Positions 62,800-64,000 of a stretch of 64,000 nt of DNA are shown in pieces (positions within the stretch are counted from its first letter, which is position 1; each line of letters opens with the position of its first letter). The position numbers and the translations under genes are program-made. The notes beneath the pieces are model-generated. The model had not been told where the DNA came from. It did not search any database and saw only the letters and a list, made by a program, of their open reading frames with translations. The DNA is from Octopus bimaculoides (taxonomy: Eukaryota), in the NCBI RefSeq assembly GCF_001194135.2, contig NC_068983.1:67092173-67156172 (forward strand), read 5' to 3'.

Positions 62800-63150
62800 G
62801 ATGGTTTCCCAGCAATCCTCTTCAAATCATGTAGACATGCCCTGGTGATACCACTACAGATTCTCTTCTAGAGATTTCTTGCAAACGGCATGGAACGGAT
62901 AGTCAGAGGAAAACTAATCCCATACCTTGAAGAAGACAACTTGCTGAGTGATACCTAGTAAGACTTTCATTCAGGTAGGAACTGCCTGACCCAGCTTTAC
63001 ATCACTATGACTGGGTATTGAGGCAGTTACTCAACAACTCAAATGTGAATGTAATATACCTTGACTTTGCGAAAGCTTTTGATATAGTGGATCATGGTAT
63101 GATATGCCACAAACTGCATCATCTCAGCATAGCTGAAAAACTAGGAGAGG
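62800..63150 (+). mobile_element. CR1-like LINE RT fragment
   Basis: DGFPAILFKSCRHALVIPLQILF, FHSGRNCLTQL and VIYLDFAKAFDIVDHGMICHKL. Confidence 0.85.
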
Positions 63151-63159
63151 GTAAATATA

Positions 63160-63960
63160 ATACTGTAATGTGAATGGTGTATGGGATGTGTAGGAGTTAG
63201 TGGTATTAATTGAAAGGTTAATAGTGTTCTGTATTATGTTTTGTGTTCATATTGAGTTGTGGAAGATATTTATTGATGAAAGTTGCCTCTTTATTCAATC
63301 TTTGTTGTACTGAGGTGTTCTGTGAACACTGATAGAAGGGGAAAATTAGGAAATTAAGATTAAGATTCCTAGCACACCTTTCTTTGTCTTCACTGACCTG
63401 TATCTGTCTGTATTGTGAGTGGTGGATTTGTTCTTTGGGGAGAGTGGTTCTTCGACAGAGTAATATTCCTGTTTGGCCAATATACTGATTACCGCACCCT
63501 AAGCATGTAATGGCATAGATTAGGTTTTCCGAGGCACAGGTGAAATTTGATTTAATCTTAAATATTTTACCTTGTTTAAAGTGGAACTCTGAACCCTCCA
63601 AAAGGTGGGTGCATGTCCCACAGTTAGGTCAACCACATTTTTTCACTTTTAGTTCTGTTGTTAATGGATATAGTCTTGTGCTGGTTAATATTTTTTTCAA
63701 TGATTTTGGTTGCATTTTGCTTTTGATAATTTTGTGTGAGCCTAAAATTTTGTTCATTGTTTTATCTCCTGTGAGTATGGGTAGATTTTGGATGATAATG
63801 TTGAAGGCTTCATTGTTTCTAGGGTTATGTGTGAAGATGTATGGGAGTATCTTTAAGTCTGGTGTGGTATTTCGGTTGACTTCCCTTAATGTTCATATGT
63901 CTATTTTCTTTGCTCATTTAATGCCATCAGAGGCAACAGGATATCTTACACCGCTAAGTT
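63160..63960 (-). mobile_element. Penelope-like element fragment (linker + GIY-YIG endonuclease)
   Basis: NFTCASENLIYAITCLGCGNQYIGQTG..RLNKEATFINKYLPQLN. Upstream THNPRN and QPKSLKKILT are typical linker motifs. Confidence 0.88.
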
Positions 63961-64000
63961 TGAAAGTTTGGCATATTATTGTTGTTGTTGTTGTTGTTGT

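Overview
AT-rich, repeat-dense animal genomic DNA with seven N-gaps and many microsatellites. It is inferred to be octopus, from the tRNA-derived SINE families and RTE LINE family I recognise; I could not run a search to confirm this. No intact or nameable host gene is visible. The only host-gene evidence is a cluster of well-signalled short + strand exon candidates at 29194-29909 and weaker ones near 57.9-58.3 kb. Recognisable content is decayed mobile DNA: RTE LINE fragments (one family carries a PHD-like finger inside RT, one copy has a 5' inversion), two Penelope-like elements, CR1-like and R4/Dong-like fragments, mariner, maT, Tigger and piggyBac-type remnants, and about 15 SINE copies. 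The main unexplained signal is a recurring set of Penelope-type minimal hammerhead ribozyme motifs tied to inverted-repeat elements. One is nearly intact at 33057-33117, inside a short non-coding, retrozyme-like element. Two are disabled by CpG-type transitions (9913-9958, 46959-46998) and two are degenerate fold-back pairs. A ~1.9 kb palindrome (20455-22385) and a head-to-head mariner derivative (11017-11659) also stand out. All alignments, translations and folds were done by eye, so boundaries are approximate.
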